Shown here: piece by piece, positions 26,179 through 38,399 of the stretch | Layout of the letters: every line of letters starts with the position of its first letter | How positions within the stretch are numbered: position 1 is the stretch's first letter | Source: the human T2T-CHM13v2.0 reference genome, Homo sapiens | Length of the DNA: 64,000 nucleotides | Assembly (NCBI RefSeq): GCF_009914755.1 | Contig: NC_060936.1 | Direction: 5' to 3' (one strand) | Position numbers and translations under genes: made by a program | Notes under the pieces: model-generated | The model's input: only the letters and a program-made list of their open reading frames with translations | Told to the model about the DNA's origin: nothing | Databases searched by the model: none

Positions 26179-29114
26179 TCAAGAACAGAGGCAGTGAAGA
26201 TGGAGAGACATGGATGGATTTGTTTTCTATTTTAGAGGTTTTAACAGAATGCCGTGTTGATGAATTGGATATGAAGAATAAGAGAAAAAGGCGAATCAAC
26301 AATGATTCCTAAACTTTTGTCCTGAGTCAGTAGGTTGAGTTGCTATTACAAGGATGGAAAAACAACACAGGGGAGATTGGCTTGAGGAACAGTAAAACCT
26401 TCAATTCCATTTTGGACTTAATTTGGAAATACCTATCAAACATTCAAGTGGAAATTGTTACTGGGAATTGGCCATACTAAGGATGGCTGACACTTTTATG
26501 GCATTAACAATGAACTAGGCATGGTTCTAAGCACTTTACAAACATCTCAGCCTAGAATACACTTAAATGATTGGGACTAGGTGAGCTCACTTATGAAGAA
26601 GAGACAGATAGGGAAGGAACCTCATGAATAAGCCTTGAACACATCAGCATTTAAAGGTCAGTTAGATGCCCTTCTTCTCCAAATCCCTAGGTAAAAGTCT
26701 CTGGTTACAGGCTTTTACATACTAGATCAGAATTGTAAATTTTATTTGTTGACAACATCTGCACAGACAGCTGCTTACCTCCCATCTCTTAGTTTGTCTT
26801 CCAAAGTCCCAGGCATCAGTGAAAGGAATTCATGTAAATGCCAGCTGTATATATAAGCCTTTCTGTTTTCTGTCTAAAAAATGATTGTCTCTAAGGATGC
26901 CTTCCCCTTAGAAGCAACCTTAGTCTTAGGTTGCTATTTATCTCTATATAAACCTCCATCAGAACTCTATTTTCTAGTAAGCAACCTGCTCAATTGAATC
27001 CTAGTACTGATATATATATAATTCATGTTTCCTCCACTTGGGAAGTACAGAGAGGAGGTTGTGAATTCCCCTTAGAGGCAAAGTCTATAACCAGCACCAT
27101 CAGTCCCAAGGGAGACTGAGTTAGGGAGGCTTAGTGGCCAGCTCTGGGCATGCAATCACTATTCTGGGGAAAACAACCAGTTTCCTTATTACTGATGGAT
27201 CAGCAGTCACATCTAAATAGAAAAACATCCTCTACAAATTTCAGTGAATTGCATTCTTAGGACTCATTTAATAGCACTTACCTGACCCATTCTTAATGAT
27301 GTGGTCCAAGTGCTTAAATGTTAGGGTGCATTATCTTTTTTTCACTATTTTATTATTTGGAGAGATCAGGCTTGGATTCTATTTATGACCAGCTCCAAGA
27401 GGCTTAAAAGGGGTTTTGATTCCAAAGTATGTACATAAATCATGTTGTGTTGTGTTTTTTTTGGAGATGATGAAAAGCCAATATTTTTCTTTTATGTTTC
27501 AATACTTTACAAAAGTCCTTCTGAAATTTCTTAAATAGCAGTTCTTATTAATTACAAGTCAAGGCTTAAGAAGGTTTAAAGAAGAGGAACCACAACAATT
27601 GTATTGGTGGCAATACTCGATGTCTTATTTCTTATTTTGTGTTCCCTTGCTTTGCATGTGAACTCTCTCTCTCATCGTTTCCAATTTACAATTCTTGTCT
27701 TATGACATTTCTCTCTCTGATAGCATCATTTCTAACCTCTTCCCTGGGGTTGTCCTGCTGGCTTCTTACCATGGCATCCAGGATGTATCCAACAGGGAAA
27801 TCAGACTGAAAATGAATCTGCAAGCAAGCCTTTGGTTCGTCAAGGAGATAATATGAGTCAGAAAATGTCTCATCTAATTCTCTGGATTCTGCCTTATAAT
27901 TGGCCTTAAAATATTGAACCCCTGATTTTAAATCAGAACCTGAAATGAATACAAGATGTAGATATTTAAATGGAAATCTTTAGGGGTTTTTCTCTTCCAT
28001 ATAAAATTAATATCTTGATTTTCTGCCAGTTTGTATATAGATTTCAGATATGCTGATGAATTGGCTTTTTATAAAAGGACTACGGGAATAAACTACTGTG
28101 GTATGTTTTTATTTTGGGAAACAGCTTCCAATTAGAAAACTGCTTTATTATTATATACATAATATGTCATAAATTAGATTTGTACAATGGTCTCTTGTCC
28201 TAAATATTTTGCAAACCCTTCTTTTTTTTTTTTTTTTTTTGCAAACCTCTATTTTTAGGTAGAAATATAATATGCAGAGCTACAACATTTCATGGAAAAG
28301 CAACTGATCCTCGTGGGTCAAGTATTTTAACATCTTAAGTAAATGTAAATTTTTAAAACAGATGTAGGAAGATATGCTGGTATAGTTGCATGTTGGTAAC
28401 TATGAAAGCCCTCAAGGATATAAACCCTCTGTTTTGAAGGAACTATTCAGGATTTGTGGACAGCTGGAGGCAAAGGTCTATGGATGAACATGGACTGTTT
28501 TCACCAATACTCAAACTTATCAGACAGGGCAAATACAGGGAAGATTGGATGTAATTTCATATGAAGGGGGGATAGGATTGGCACCAATGAAGAAGGAAAC
28601 ACCTATAGAGAAAACTACTAGGAAACTTTATAATATTCTCATTTTCAACCTAATTCATTAATTCCATTTTCCTAATAGTCTGCCACATGATTTCTAAAAC
28701 CCATGTGCTGGGTTTTTTGAATAAGAAATTTAACATAAAAATAGCGCTGATAGCCTGTTCTGAATCTCCTAAGAAAAATACTGGCATCCCTTCTTGCAGC
28801 TTACCAGGAAGGGGAAGATAATTATTCTGACCCCAGAGGCCTTCCTGGTCCCTGACTCCCTACAAGGGTAGAGCTTTCCTAGCTCTCTCAACTTCTCCTT
28901 TATCATACTTGCAATGGATTCATCATTTACCACTTTTTGTTCAGTGGACATCTTCTCCACTAAACTATTTCAGGAATTCAGGAACCACATCTGTCTTCTT
29001 CACTTCCCTTATGTGAGAATACTGTACAGCATCTAGTCAGTTTTCAAGAAATACTTGCTGAATGAGAAGAAGGAGCTTGCCTTGAATAGCCACAGACACC
29101 AAAAGCTGGGAAGC

Positions 29115-29755
29115 TGAGAATGGAGCCAGGTGAGATTGGAGCCATGTGAGAATGGAGCCATGAGAGAATAGAGCCTTGTGAGAATGTATCCTTGTGAGAA
29201 TTGAGCCAGGTGAGAAGGGAACCATGTGAGAATGGAGCCTTGTGAGAATGGAGCCATGTGAGAATGGAGCCACATGAGAAGGGATCCTTGTGAGAATCGA
29301 GCCATGTGAGAATGGAGCCAGGTGAGAATGGAGCCAGGTGAGAATGGAGCCATGTGAGAATAGAGATTTGTGAGAATGAAGCCAGGTGAGAATGGAGCCA
29401 TGTGAGAATAGAGCTTTGTGAGAATGGAGCCAGGTGAGAATAGAGCCATGTGAGAATGGATCCTTGTGAGAATGGAGCCATGTGAGAATAGAGCCTTGTG
29501 AGAATGGAGCCATGTGAAAATAGAGCCTTGTGAGGAATGGAGCCTTGTGAGAATAGAGCTTTGTGGGAATGGAGCCAGGTGAGAATGGAGCCAGGTGAGA
29601 AAAGAGCCCTGTGAGAATGGATCCTTGTGAGAATGGAGCCATGTGAGAATGGATCCTTGTGAGAATGGAGCCAGGTGAGAATAGAGCCTTGTGAGAATGG
29701 AGCCAGGTGAGAATGGAGCCTTGTGAGAATACATCCATGTTAGAATGGAGTCACA
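29115..29755. repeat. 16-bp minisatellite, 40 units, consensus TGAGAATGGAGCC(ATG/AGG/TTG)
   Basis: Units enumerated by eye: 39 of 16 bp plus one of 17 bp (29531). Confidence 0.97.
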
Positions 29756-29799
29756 TCATTAACAACATCAATAACACCAGTGACTTTCTATTAAATGCT

Positions 29800-30265
29800 C
29801 ACTATGAGCACTGTTGCAGAACAATGAGGACCACAGGCCCTGCAGTTCATCTGCCTGAGTGTGAAACTGATTACTACCTGGCCATGTGATCTTGAGCATA
29901 TCCTTTAAACTCTGAGTGTATGTGAGTATGTCTGTTTTCCTATTAATAAAATGAGGATTCTAAATGTAATTTTACTTCTTAGGGCCATTGTGAGAGTTAA
30001 CTGAAGGAATCCCAAGGAAGAGTTTAGCACAGCATTGGGCCTTCAGTGGGCAGTGCATGTTAAACACTGGGCTGCAGCTCAGAGAACTCCTTACAGAAAT
30101 GCTGTAGAGTAGGTGGTATTATCCCCATGTTGCAGAAAACAGAGTTGAAGCTCTGCAGGCCCAGTCTCTTGCCCTAGGTCACTTAGTGGTAGATCATGGA
30201 GCTGGGATTACACTAGAGTGTGCCTGTCTCTCAAAGTAGAATCTTTGCATTATGCTTCACTGGCT
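29800..30265. mobile_element. Two MIRs (+ ~29800-30070; - ~30085-30265)
   Basis: 'ccatgtgatcttgagcatatcctttaa...taaaatgagga' and 'attatccccatgttgcaga...cttgccctaggtcac'. Confidence 0.65.
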
Positions 30266-30699
30266 CGGAGACAGGCACTCACCAACTCCTAACTACTACC
30301 ATAGTTCTGCCCCATTAAAAAGTCAGATCAGATCCTTCAGCTGGTGAGAGTGAGGCGTAGCCGCACAGCAGGAATGGATCCATGGTTGAAAGGTAAAATC
30401 TGTCATGAGGCTGTCTCACCAGCAAATAGGGGATAAGGCAACAGAAACCCTTCTTTGCTGCTAAGGTGGTCAGTAGGAGCTCCTCATCCAGCCAGGGAGG
30501 ACTCTTCCAAAAAATTTTGCCCCCTTCTTTCCAGCCTCTAGAACTGGCTAGGGACCAAAAAGGTGCCAATTAACTAATAAGTGACTTAAAAATCAATAAG
30601 CTTTAGTTGAAGTCATTAAAATAGGTACAGAAAAGTCTGAAAGGCTGTTATCCCCCACTGAATTAGGGGAAAGGCTAGAGTAAATTAGTGAAAAGTTTT

Positions 30700-31190
30700 A
30701 GAAACATAGAATATACATTTACATACAGTTGAAACATTTGGCAAGATATCTCATGGTTCAAAGGTGTACAAAAAATAAGGGACCAACAAAAGATGATAAA
30801 ACACTCAGGGACATGAAACAGCAAGAAGCCAGGACCACAATGGCTTAAAGGGGTGGGAAGAGGGGAGTGGGAAACAATGGCATAATAAAAACCAAGAGAC
30901 ATAAGAGAGGGGATATCCAACAGGAGCTTGGCTGCAGAGGAGCAAAACCACCGCCACCTGCACAGCAATACAAGATAGGAGCAAGGGGGAAATATCCAGA
31001 CCTCTCTAACCTCCTCCCTTCACTATCCCACCAGTGCCTCCCATTGGCCCAATCCAACCAGAAGCCAAAGGGCAAGACAGCCTGGGTGATGGAATCTATA
31101 GAGGTCAACTTCTGTAAATTTAAAAAAAGGTTAAGAATGGATCCAAGGGTGGAGAGGGACTATAAGAGTAATCAGCCTAAGATGTTGTGA
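30700..31190. mobile_element. Old ERVL/Gypsy-like LTR fragment, subfamily unresolved
   Basis: 'ccagtgcctcccattggcccaatccaaccagaagccaaagggcaag' motif recurrent in ancient mammalian LTRs. Confidence 0.5.
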
Positions 31191-31297
31191 TAATACATGT
31201 TAAAGGAAAACAAAACAGGATAATGGAAGAGGTAGTGCTGAAGTTGGGGGAGAAGGAATAGCTATTGTTTTATAGAGGTGATAAGAAAGAGCCTCAA

Positions 31298-31373
31298 GCT
31301 AGGAGGATAGCTTGAGCCCAGGAGTTCAAGACCAGCCTGGGCAACATAGTGAGACTCCATCTCTACAAAAAAA
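31298..31373 (+). mobile_element. FLAM/Alu left-monomer fragment
   Basis: 'ggaggatagcttgagcccaggagttcaagaccagcctgggcaacatagtgagac' plus A tail. Confidence 0.85.
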
Positions 31374-32142
31374 GGGGGGCCCTCAATGATAATATGGCAT
31401 TGGACAGACACTTCATGAAAAGGAGCAGACCAGACTGGAAGATTCCTGGGGCAGAAGCAAGACACCCTGCTTCTTAATCAACAGCCATATTGCTGTTCGG
31501 TAGACACAGCAAGAAAGCTGGTGATTGAGAAGCAAGGTACACAAAGGAAAAATAGGAGGAGATGAAATTAGTCAGGGAGTAGAGGGCCAGAGCTTCAAAA
31601 AATTATAGGACATTACACTTTTCCTTTGAGAACTTTTCTTCCAACTTAGTTGAGAAGCCTTGTGAGAGTTTTGAACAGAAGAGTTACAAAATCTCGTTCA
31701 CATAAAAAAAAAATCCCTATGGCTGCTGTCTTAAGGTTAGACTATTGATGAGAGAGGGAAGAAGCAAGGAAAACAGGCAGGATGATAGTGCAATAAGCCA
31801 GGTGAGAAATGATGTTGGCACTAAACAGGTGAACAGTGATGGAACTGAAAGGTCTAGAACATGGGATGTATTTGAAGCTAATTTGACAAGACTTAGATGA
31901 ATAGGATGTAGAGTGATATAGAGAAGATTAAAAGAAGAATCAGATTCTGAAAGGAGTACTCAAGAATGGCAGTACTATACTAGGGTGGGTGATCAAGAAG
32001 CAGGAGTTTAGTTTTGAACATATTAAGATTGAGGTTACTCTTGGACAATCAATGTTATATAAGCAGTTAGATATAAGGAGTCTGTAATACATGGGAAAGA
32101 CTGGCTAGTAAAATAAATTTGGGAGTGAACAGTGAACAATAG

Positions 32143-32618
32143 TGGGATGGACTGCAAAATGTGGCCACAAGTTCTCTGCATTTTGTCCCATTAATAGATG
32201 AGGTCAATTTCCATACACTTTGAATCTGAGCTAGACTTGTGACTTGCTCTGACCAATAGAATGCAATAGAATGGAACAGAAGTTTTATGCAAGTTCCAAG
32301 ACAAAGCTTCAAGAGGCCTGGCTGTTTCCATTCCTGTGATGGAAATTCTTGCAACACCATGAAAACAGGTCTGGGTTAGCCTGCTGGAGAATGAGAAATC
32401 AGATGGAGAGGGCTCCAGCCACTTAGTGATCCTAGCCGAGGCTCAAGACATGTGAGCAAGCCCAGCTGAGAAGAGCTGAGCTTGAACAGACCAGAAAACC
32501 ACCCAGCTGAGCTCAGCCTAAATGGCAACCCACAGAATTGTGAACTAAATAAAATGATAGTTATTTTATGCTACTAAGTCTGGGAATGGTTTGTTACCAG
32601 CAACAGACCACCAATACA
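32143..32618 (+). mobile_element. MLT1G/H-like LTR
   Basis: 'ttgaatctgagctagacttgtgacttgctctgaccaatagaatg', end 'tggtttgttaccagcaacagaccaccaataca'. Confidence 0.8.
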
Positions 32619-32684
32619 ATTGATATTTAATGTCTTGAGACTGGATGAAATATACCAGAGAACTGGTACTCAACCTTGTGTGCT

Positions 32685-33318
32685 ATATTAGCTTTTTATT
32701 GCACAGCAACAACTACCAATAATTTGGTGGCTTAAAACAACACATATTTATTAACTCATAGTTTCTGTGAGTTGGAAGTTCAGGGATAGCTTAGCTGGGT
32801 TCTCTGCTCAGAACCTCATAAAACTAGAATCAAGGTGTCAGCTGGGCTGTGTTCTCATCTGGAGGCTTGATTGGGAAATAACCTATTTTCAAGCTCAATC
32901 ATGGCTGCCAAAGGCCCTGACATTTTGCTGCCTGTCAGCTGGAAGCTGCTTAGGTCTTCAAGGTTGTTTACAGTTTCTAGAAACCATCCACAGTTTCTAG
33001 AGAACAACCCCACCTCATTGGACTCCCTAACATGACCACTTACTTCAACAAGCCAACAAAGATAGCCTCTTGCTTTAGTTTGCTAAGATAGTGTCACATA
33101 TAACATAATGCAGTCACAAGAGTGAAAGAGTAACATCCTGTCACCCTTACCATATAATGCAATCTAATCATGGGAATGGTATCTCACTATCTTTGCCATA
33201 TCCTATTGGATATAAGTAAGTCACATGTATCTTCTGCCATCAGGGAGAGGGTATATTATAAGGATGTGGATACCAGGAGATGGAGACCTTGGCGGGGGCC
33301 CAGAGTCCATTTGTCACA
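32685..33318 (-). mobile_element. MLT1E/F-like LTR
   Basis: 'ggcttaaaacaacacatatttatt..ctcatagtttctgtg...aatcaaggtgtcagctgggctg'. Confidence 0.8.
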
Positions 33319-33319
33319 G

Positions 33320-33580
33320 TTTTGCATTGAAGTCACCTGGGGAGTTTTTAAACATACTAGTACTGGATTCTGATTTAATTCATTGTTTTAGATGGAGCCT
33401 AGATATCATGATTTTTCAAAGCTCTCTAGGGAATAAGTCAGTTAATGTGCATGTGGATCACCCAGTGATCTTATTAAAAGTCATGCTCAGGTTCAGTAAG
33501 TTTGGGATAGGGCCTGAGATCCTGTGTTTACCAGAAGCTCCCATCTGATGCTGAGACTGCAGGTTCCATAGACTGCAAAA
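33320..33580. mobile_element. MER5A/B fragments
   Basis: 'gtcacctggggag...gattctgatttaatt', 'ttcagtaagtttgggatagggcctgag'. Confidence 0.6.
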
Positions 33581-34404
33581 GTGAAAGATATGAAATAGAC
33601 ATCCAAGGACTGAGGTACAGAGCACCCCAGTGTTATGAGGCTGGGGAAATAAGAGAGACTTAGCAAAGGAGATTGAAAAGAGATAATTAGTAAGAGAGGA
33701 GGAGAAGCAGGAGAGTAGCATCCTGAAACCTACGTGAAGAATATGTTTCTTCGTGTTTGTCAAATGATCCTCATGGTCAAGTAAGACAAGAACTGAAAAA
33801 TAACCACTGGATTAGGAACTATGGTGGTCATTAGTGATTCTGAAAAGAGTAGTTATAGTGGAGTGGTGAAAGCAAAGTCTGGTAGGATTGGGTTCAGAAG
33901 GGAATCAAAAGATGGAAACTGAAGAAGTGAATGTAATTAATTTTTTCAAGAAACTGTTGTGTAAAAGGGAACAGAGAAATAGTAATAGCTGGAGAGCAAA
34001 CAGGCTTAAGGGAGGATTTTGTTTTTTCTTTTTTTTTAAGAGGTAAAACAGATAATTTGTATGCTGATGGAAATTATCTAGTAGAAATGAGAAAATAGTG
34101 ATGCTGAGAGGAGGCAGATTATGACTGGAACAATGAGGTTTGGTGAACAAAAGAGAATGTGATTTTGTGCATAGGAAGAGAGTCAGACTTAGATGGGAGC
34201 ATTGACTATTCATCCATGATATCCAAAAGGAAGGCAGGGTGTCTGGATATAGATGTGGTTGGGTGGGAAGCTTAGATGGTGGAAGCATGTGCAAGGTATC
34301 TTCTGAATGCTTCTGTTTTCTCAGTGCCATAGCAAGCCTCAGGAGAGAGTGAAGGGAGGGAAAGGGTGTTTTAAGTATAAGGGATAAGAGATGGGGTGAA
34401 AGGG

Positions 34405-34563
34405 CCTTTTCAAGCTGTAATGTGCTTATAAATCCCCTGGGGATCTTGTTAAAATACAGATTCTGATTTAGGAAGCCTAGGGCAGAGCCTGAGATTCTGC
34501 ATTTCAATAAGGCTCCAGGTAATGCAGATGCTATTGGTCCATGGACCACATTTTGAGTAGCAA
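34405..34563. mobile_element. MER5A
   Basis: 'ggggatcttgttaaaatacagattctgatt...gcctgagattctgcattt...ggaccacattttgagtagcaa'. Confidence 0.85.
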
Positions 34564-34572
34564 ATCTCTTGA

Positions 34573-34781
34573 ACAGGGTTTCTCAATCTTGACACCCTTG
34601 ATATTTTGAACTGGATGAGTACGTACTGTGTCCTACACATTGTAGGATGTTTAGCAGTATTCCTGGTCTCTACCCACTAGATGCCAGTAGCATCCCTTTT
34701 CCAGTTGTGACAATCCAAAATGTTCCATTCCTTGTCAAATATCCTCTGGGGAAGCAAAATTAGCCTTGGGAGAAGCACTGC
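34573..34781. mobile_element. MER20 hAT-Charlie
   Basis: 'cattgtaggatgtttagcagtattcctggtctctacccactagatgccagtagc...cagttgtgacaa'. Confidence 0.9.
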
Positions 34782-36377
34782 TTTAGAAAGATATGAAAGT
34801 AAATCGATTAGGGAAATGTAGTCAGGGCAATGGGCAGCACAACAGACCTACTCAAAGCTTATGAATTTATGTCATTGTGATGCATTTTTTCCAGTGATGT
34901 TCACCTATGCAGGTGCAGGCATGGAGCAGATGACAACAAGATTTGACCAGAAGTGGATGTACTTCAGTTGAGTATGGCAGTGGGAACTGTAAGCTAGGAG
35001 CTAAGAGTGTAACTACTGGAGGATTTCAGGAAGGGTTATACTGAATGACTATGGTGAGGAGGAAAGTTAGAATATAAGAGTATGAGGATTACTGAAAATA
35101 TCATGAGACCAACTGAGTATAGATCCTAGTTGGCTTGAAGAATTGTTGGAGTTGGGATCCTAACAGGAGAGAGCTAGAACAATGGTGGGCAGCAGTCAAG
35201 AATGAATGTCAGAAATAAAGATTAAGGAGTAGACGCCATGATTGGGAATGAAAAAACCAGGGCATGGCCATGATGATTGAGGTATGTTAGAAGACAAGAC
35301 CAGTAGGGAAGAAGAAGTGAAAGAGCTAAAAGGCCAAACTTTGGGGATTATCTTCTATATAAATATTGAAAGCTCCAAAAATGTTGTCAGAAGAAGTATT
35401 TTTCCATAAAAAGTAATAAGTTAAAATCTTCAAGGAATGAATGAGAGTGTTTGGGCATTCTATTGATCCCAGCAATTAGGGGAAGAAGCAGGTGATATAG
35501 TGTGATGATACGCGTTGGGTCAAAGTAGGGTGTTTCTAAGGTGTAGGGAAGGCCAGTGGTGGTCTGGAAGCAGCAATGTGGAGCAAAAAGGATACTACCA
35601 GCACCACCCCCAGGCTCAGACGAGAAGTGATTCCTCAGAGGAGAGTCAGATCTCACTTAGGATGAAGGATTGAAGAGAGCATTCAGAATATACATTTTGG
35701 ACTTCAGGGATATTATGAGCTTCAAATGGCATGAATAATAGATTTTGGATATTGAGAAAGAATGGGAGATGCAATCAGACACAGAGATATATGAGGGTGA
35801 GAATTTAAGGGACAGGGGCTGGGTAGCCTGGGAGTCTTGAGTTTTATAATGCCTGATGCAAACCACACAAATTATCATCCAAACTAGGGCATTCTGAGGT
35901 GAAAGGGAATGCCAATATTAGGTAAACCTGTATCTGTCATTTCCTTTTGGATAAAGATTATAATAGGGTTGATTCTGACAATCTCTTTGGCAGATTGTGA
36001 TGGCGAGAACGTGAGCTTTGGGCGAAAATGCTGCCAAAGAGATGGGGGCATTCCAGGAACACAAAGTTATCTGCAACCCTAACTTTACTTTTGCCAGCTG
36101 CAGAGAGAAGCCAGGAGAGGGCTGATATTGCTGAGGACACCAGAGCTCTGAGCTGCCCACTTCAGCTATAAATTAGGAAAGACTGTAGAAGAGATTCTTA
36201 TTTTTTTATTGTTAACTGTTTTCAGTGTAAAACTACTCAATGATGAGAGAAATGTTTTAAAAACAGTTTCAGTAAAATATTCAAAGTACTCACACAGGTC
36301 ACACAACCCAAAAGCAGCAGGGACAGGCGAAAGTTTGTGGTTCCTGTCTACTGTTACAAGGGGGGAAAATACAGAAT

Positions 36378-36395
36378 GAGGCCCTCTAGTGGCCA
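36378..36395 (-). promoter_or_regulatory. Candidate CTCF core motif TGGCCACTAGAGGGCCTC
   Basis: Matches CCAC(C/T)AG(G/A)GGGC core in unique sequence; motif only. Confidence 0.5.
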
Positions 36396-36699
36396 GAATG
36401 TTTCCAGGTAGCCAGCTACAGCATCACAGCATAACGGTACTGGAAAGAGATGTGAGCCATCATCTCATCCAGATGCTTGTTCCTGCTTAAGTAAATGCAT
36501 GCATAAGGGTCAGGACTATAAACACCATGGGTGCAAAATAAAAGCTGCACTTAACTCTAAGTCTAGGGGTTGACTCTTACCCAAGAGATACTCTTGCTCT
36601 GGACACTGACACTGGATACCATCCCTCCCCTCACCCCCACCAACCAACAACCTCTCTCCAAACCCATGTGCAAAGTTTGGAGAGGAATATCTGGGGGCC

Positions 36700-37300
36700 A
36701 GGCCATTTGAAACCTTGTAGGTTAGGTTAAAGATCTGGGTCTCTATCTAAGAGCAATGGCAAGCTATTGAACTATTTCAAGCTGAGAGATGAGGAGAGAG
36801 GAGGCTTACTGTTATGTTCAAGTATGCAGTTAAGAAATATTGCTGTGTCTTCAGGGTATAGATGAATCTTTAGGGGCCAGGGAGGATTCATAAGTAGCTG
36901 TTATGAGGTTATTGTAGTAGTAAAGGTGAAAGGTAGGACTGGCATGAACTAGGGTAATGGAGGTGGTGGAAGTAGCAAGAAGTAAACAGATTCAGTGATA
37001 ATAAAGAGTATATTCAGCAGGAGATGGCAGTGTATGAAGGACAAAGGAGTGGGAAATGTCAAGAAAGACACTAGGTTTGCAATGTGCAGTGTTCGCAGAA
37101 ATAAACAACCCAGGAAGAAGACATAGGCTGGGGTGGGGTGAGGGCAGAGCATGAGTTTGACTGTGTATATATTTTGTTGGCATTGCTTTGATTCATACTA
37201 TTAGAGATACTGAGTGGGAAATTGACTACACTGATTAGGAGCATAGAAGAGAGGCCTGGACTGGAGGTTGAATATAGTGAGTCATTTGCAGGTGACTGTG
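36700..37300 (-). mobile_element. L2 fragment
   Basis: 'tctaagagcaatggcaagctattgaa', 'gagaggcctggactggag'. Confidence 0.65.
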
Positions 37301-37324
37301 TATTTAATATCTCCTTAAGTAATA

Positions 37325-37665
37325 CAGATGCTCCTCAACCTACAATGAGGTTATATCCCCCAAAACACATCATAAGTTGAAAATATAATACAACTAACCT
37401 ACTGAACATCATAGCTTACCCTGGCCTACCTTAAATGTGATCGGAACACTTATATTAGCCTACAGTTGGGCAAAATCATCTAACACAAGGCATATTTTAT
37501 AACAAAGTGATGAATATCGCATGTAATTCACTGAATACTCAAACTGAAAAACAGAATGGTTGTACAAGTACTCAAAGCACAGTTTCTACTGAATGCATTT
37601 CACTTTTGCACCATTGTAAAGTCAAAAAATCATAAGCTGAACCATTGTAAGTTGGGGATCATCTG
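37325..37665. mobile_element. MER47A (Tigger5-derived) MITE
   Basis: TIRs cagatgctcc... / ...ggggatcatctg, TA TSDs on both sides; 'cctacagttgggcaaaatcatctaacacaa'. Confidence 0.92.
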
Positions 37666-37724
37666 TATTTATTTATTTTTTATTCATTTACTCACTCACT
37701 GATTTATTTTTGGCTCTCCTCAAT

Positions 37725-38170
37725 AGACTCCCCTTCCTGATTGCACCCTGATCCCTTTTTGAGAAGCTTGTTGAGCTTTCCGCTATGGAAACAAAAGGGC
37801 TCAACCAGTTTCCCTCAGCTCAACACGGCCATGGGACCTTCTGTGGGAAGGGACTGCCATGGGACTGACCGTGACTTAAGCTTAGCCAGTGGGATACTCT
37901 GTGTCAGAGCTCACCCAGGACTCAAGATTGTAGATAAGGCCAGGTGGCTGTCACTCATTAGCCCAGAAGCAGCCCAGGTGGCCTTGAGTCCAGACTGTTC
38001 CTACTTCACAGCGTTTGCTGCAGTTCCTGATGCCCAGTCCCTGGTTCCTACCCATTATCCAAGCCTTCCGTTGAGTCTGCGAGCCCCCCACGTCTTCACA
38101 TAATTACTTTTTTCTTTTTGGCTTAAATTGAACAGCGTCAGTTTCTTGAAATTAAAAACTCTAACTGATA
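37725..38170 (+). mobile_element. LTR16-like ERVL LTR
   Basis: End 'gcttaaattgaacagcgtcagtttc...ctctaactgata'; 'gttcctgatgcccagtcc'. Confidence 0.55.
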
Positions 38171-38399
38171 GCTTTTCTATTTTCTATTTGTTTCTTTCCC
38201 TTTCCCCAATTTCCCTAACTTTCCCCTTTTTCTCTCCTGAGTCCTTCCTTCTGATGGGTTGTCACTCTACCACTGTCCTCTTTTCTGTGTTCTTTCTCTT
38301 TACCTTTTTCCTCCATATGTCTCTGCTTCCCCAGTTGGTCATTCTATCAAACTATTAATGCAGGGTGAAGAAGTAAAATAAACACACCAACTTCATAAA

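Larger units (their letters stand above)
31190..35850 (-). mobile_element. Long fragmented L2 hosting FLAM, two MLT1 LTRs, MER5 and MER20
   Basis: Colinear L2-like segments: 'ccaggtgagaaatgatg', 'ggagtttagttttgaaca', 'ccaaggactgag', 'gtcaaatgatcc...gactgaaaaataacc'-like. Confidence 0.65.

Noticed and set aside
27276-27807. Minus-strand perfect donor CAG|GTAAGT (27282) and a 36-nt micro-exon (27805-27770, SDFPVGYILDAM)
   Set aside because: Isolated sites of this kind are expected by chance in 128 kb of strand sequence; the peptide is not recognised
29115-29755. CRISPR-like array reading of the 16-bp repeat
   Set aside because: Units are contiguous with no unique spacers, there are no cas genes, and the context is primate DNA
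33905-34549. 214-aa minus-strand ORF
   Set aside because: Runs through MER5A and L2 sequence; chance open frame in pyrimidine-rich strand
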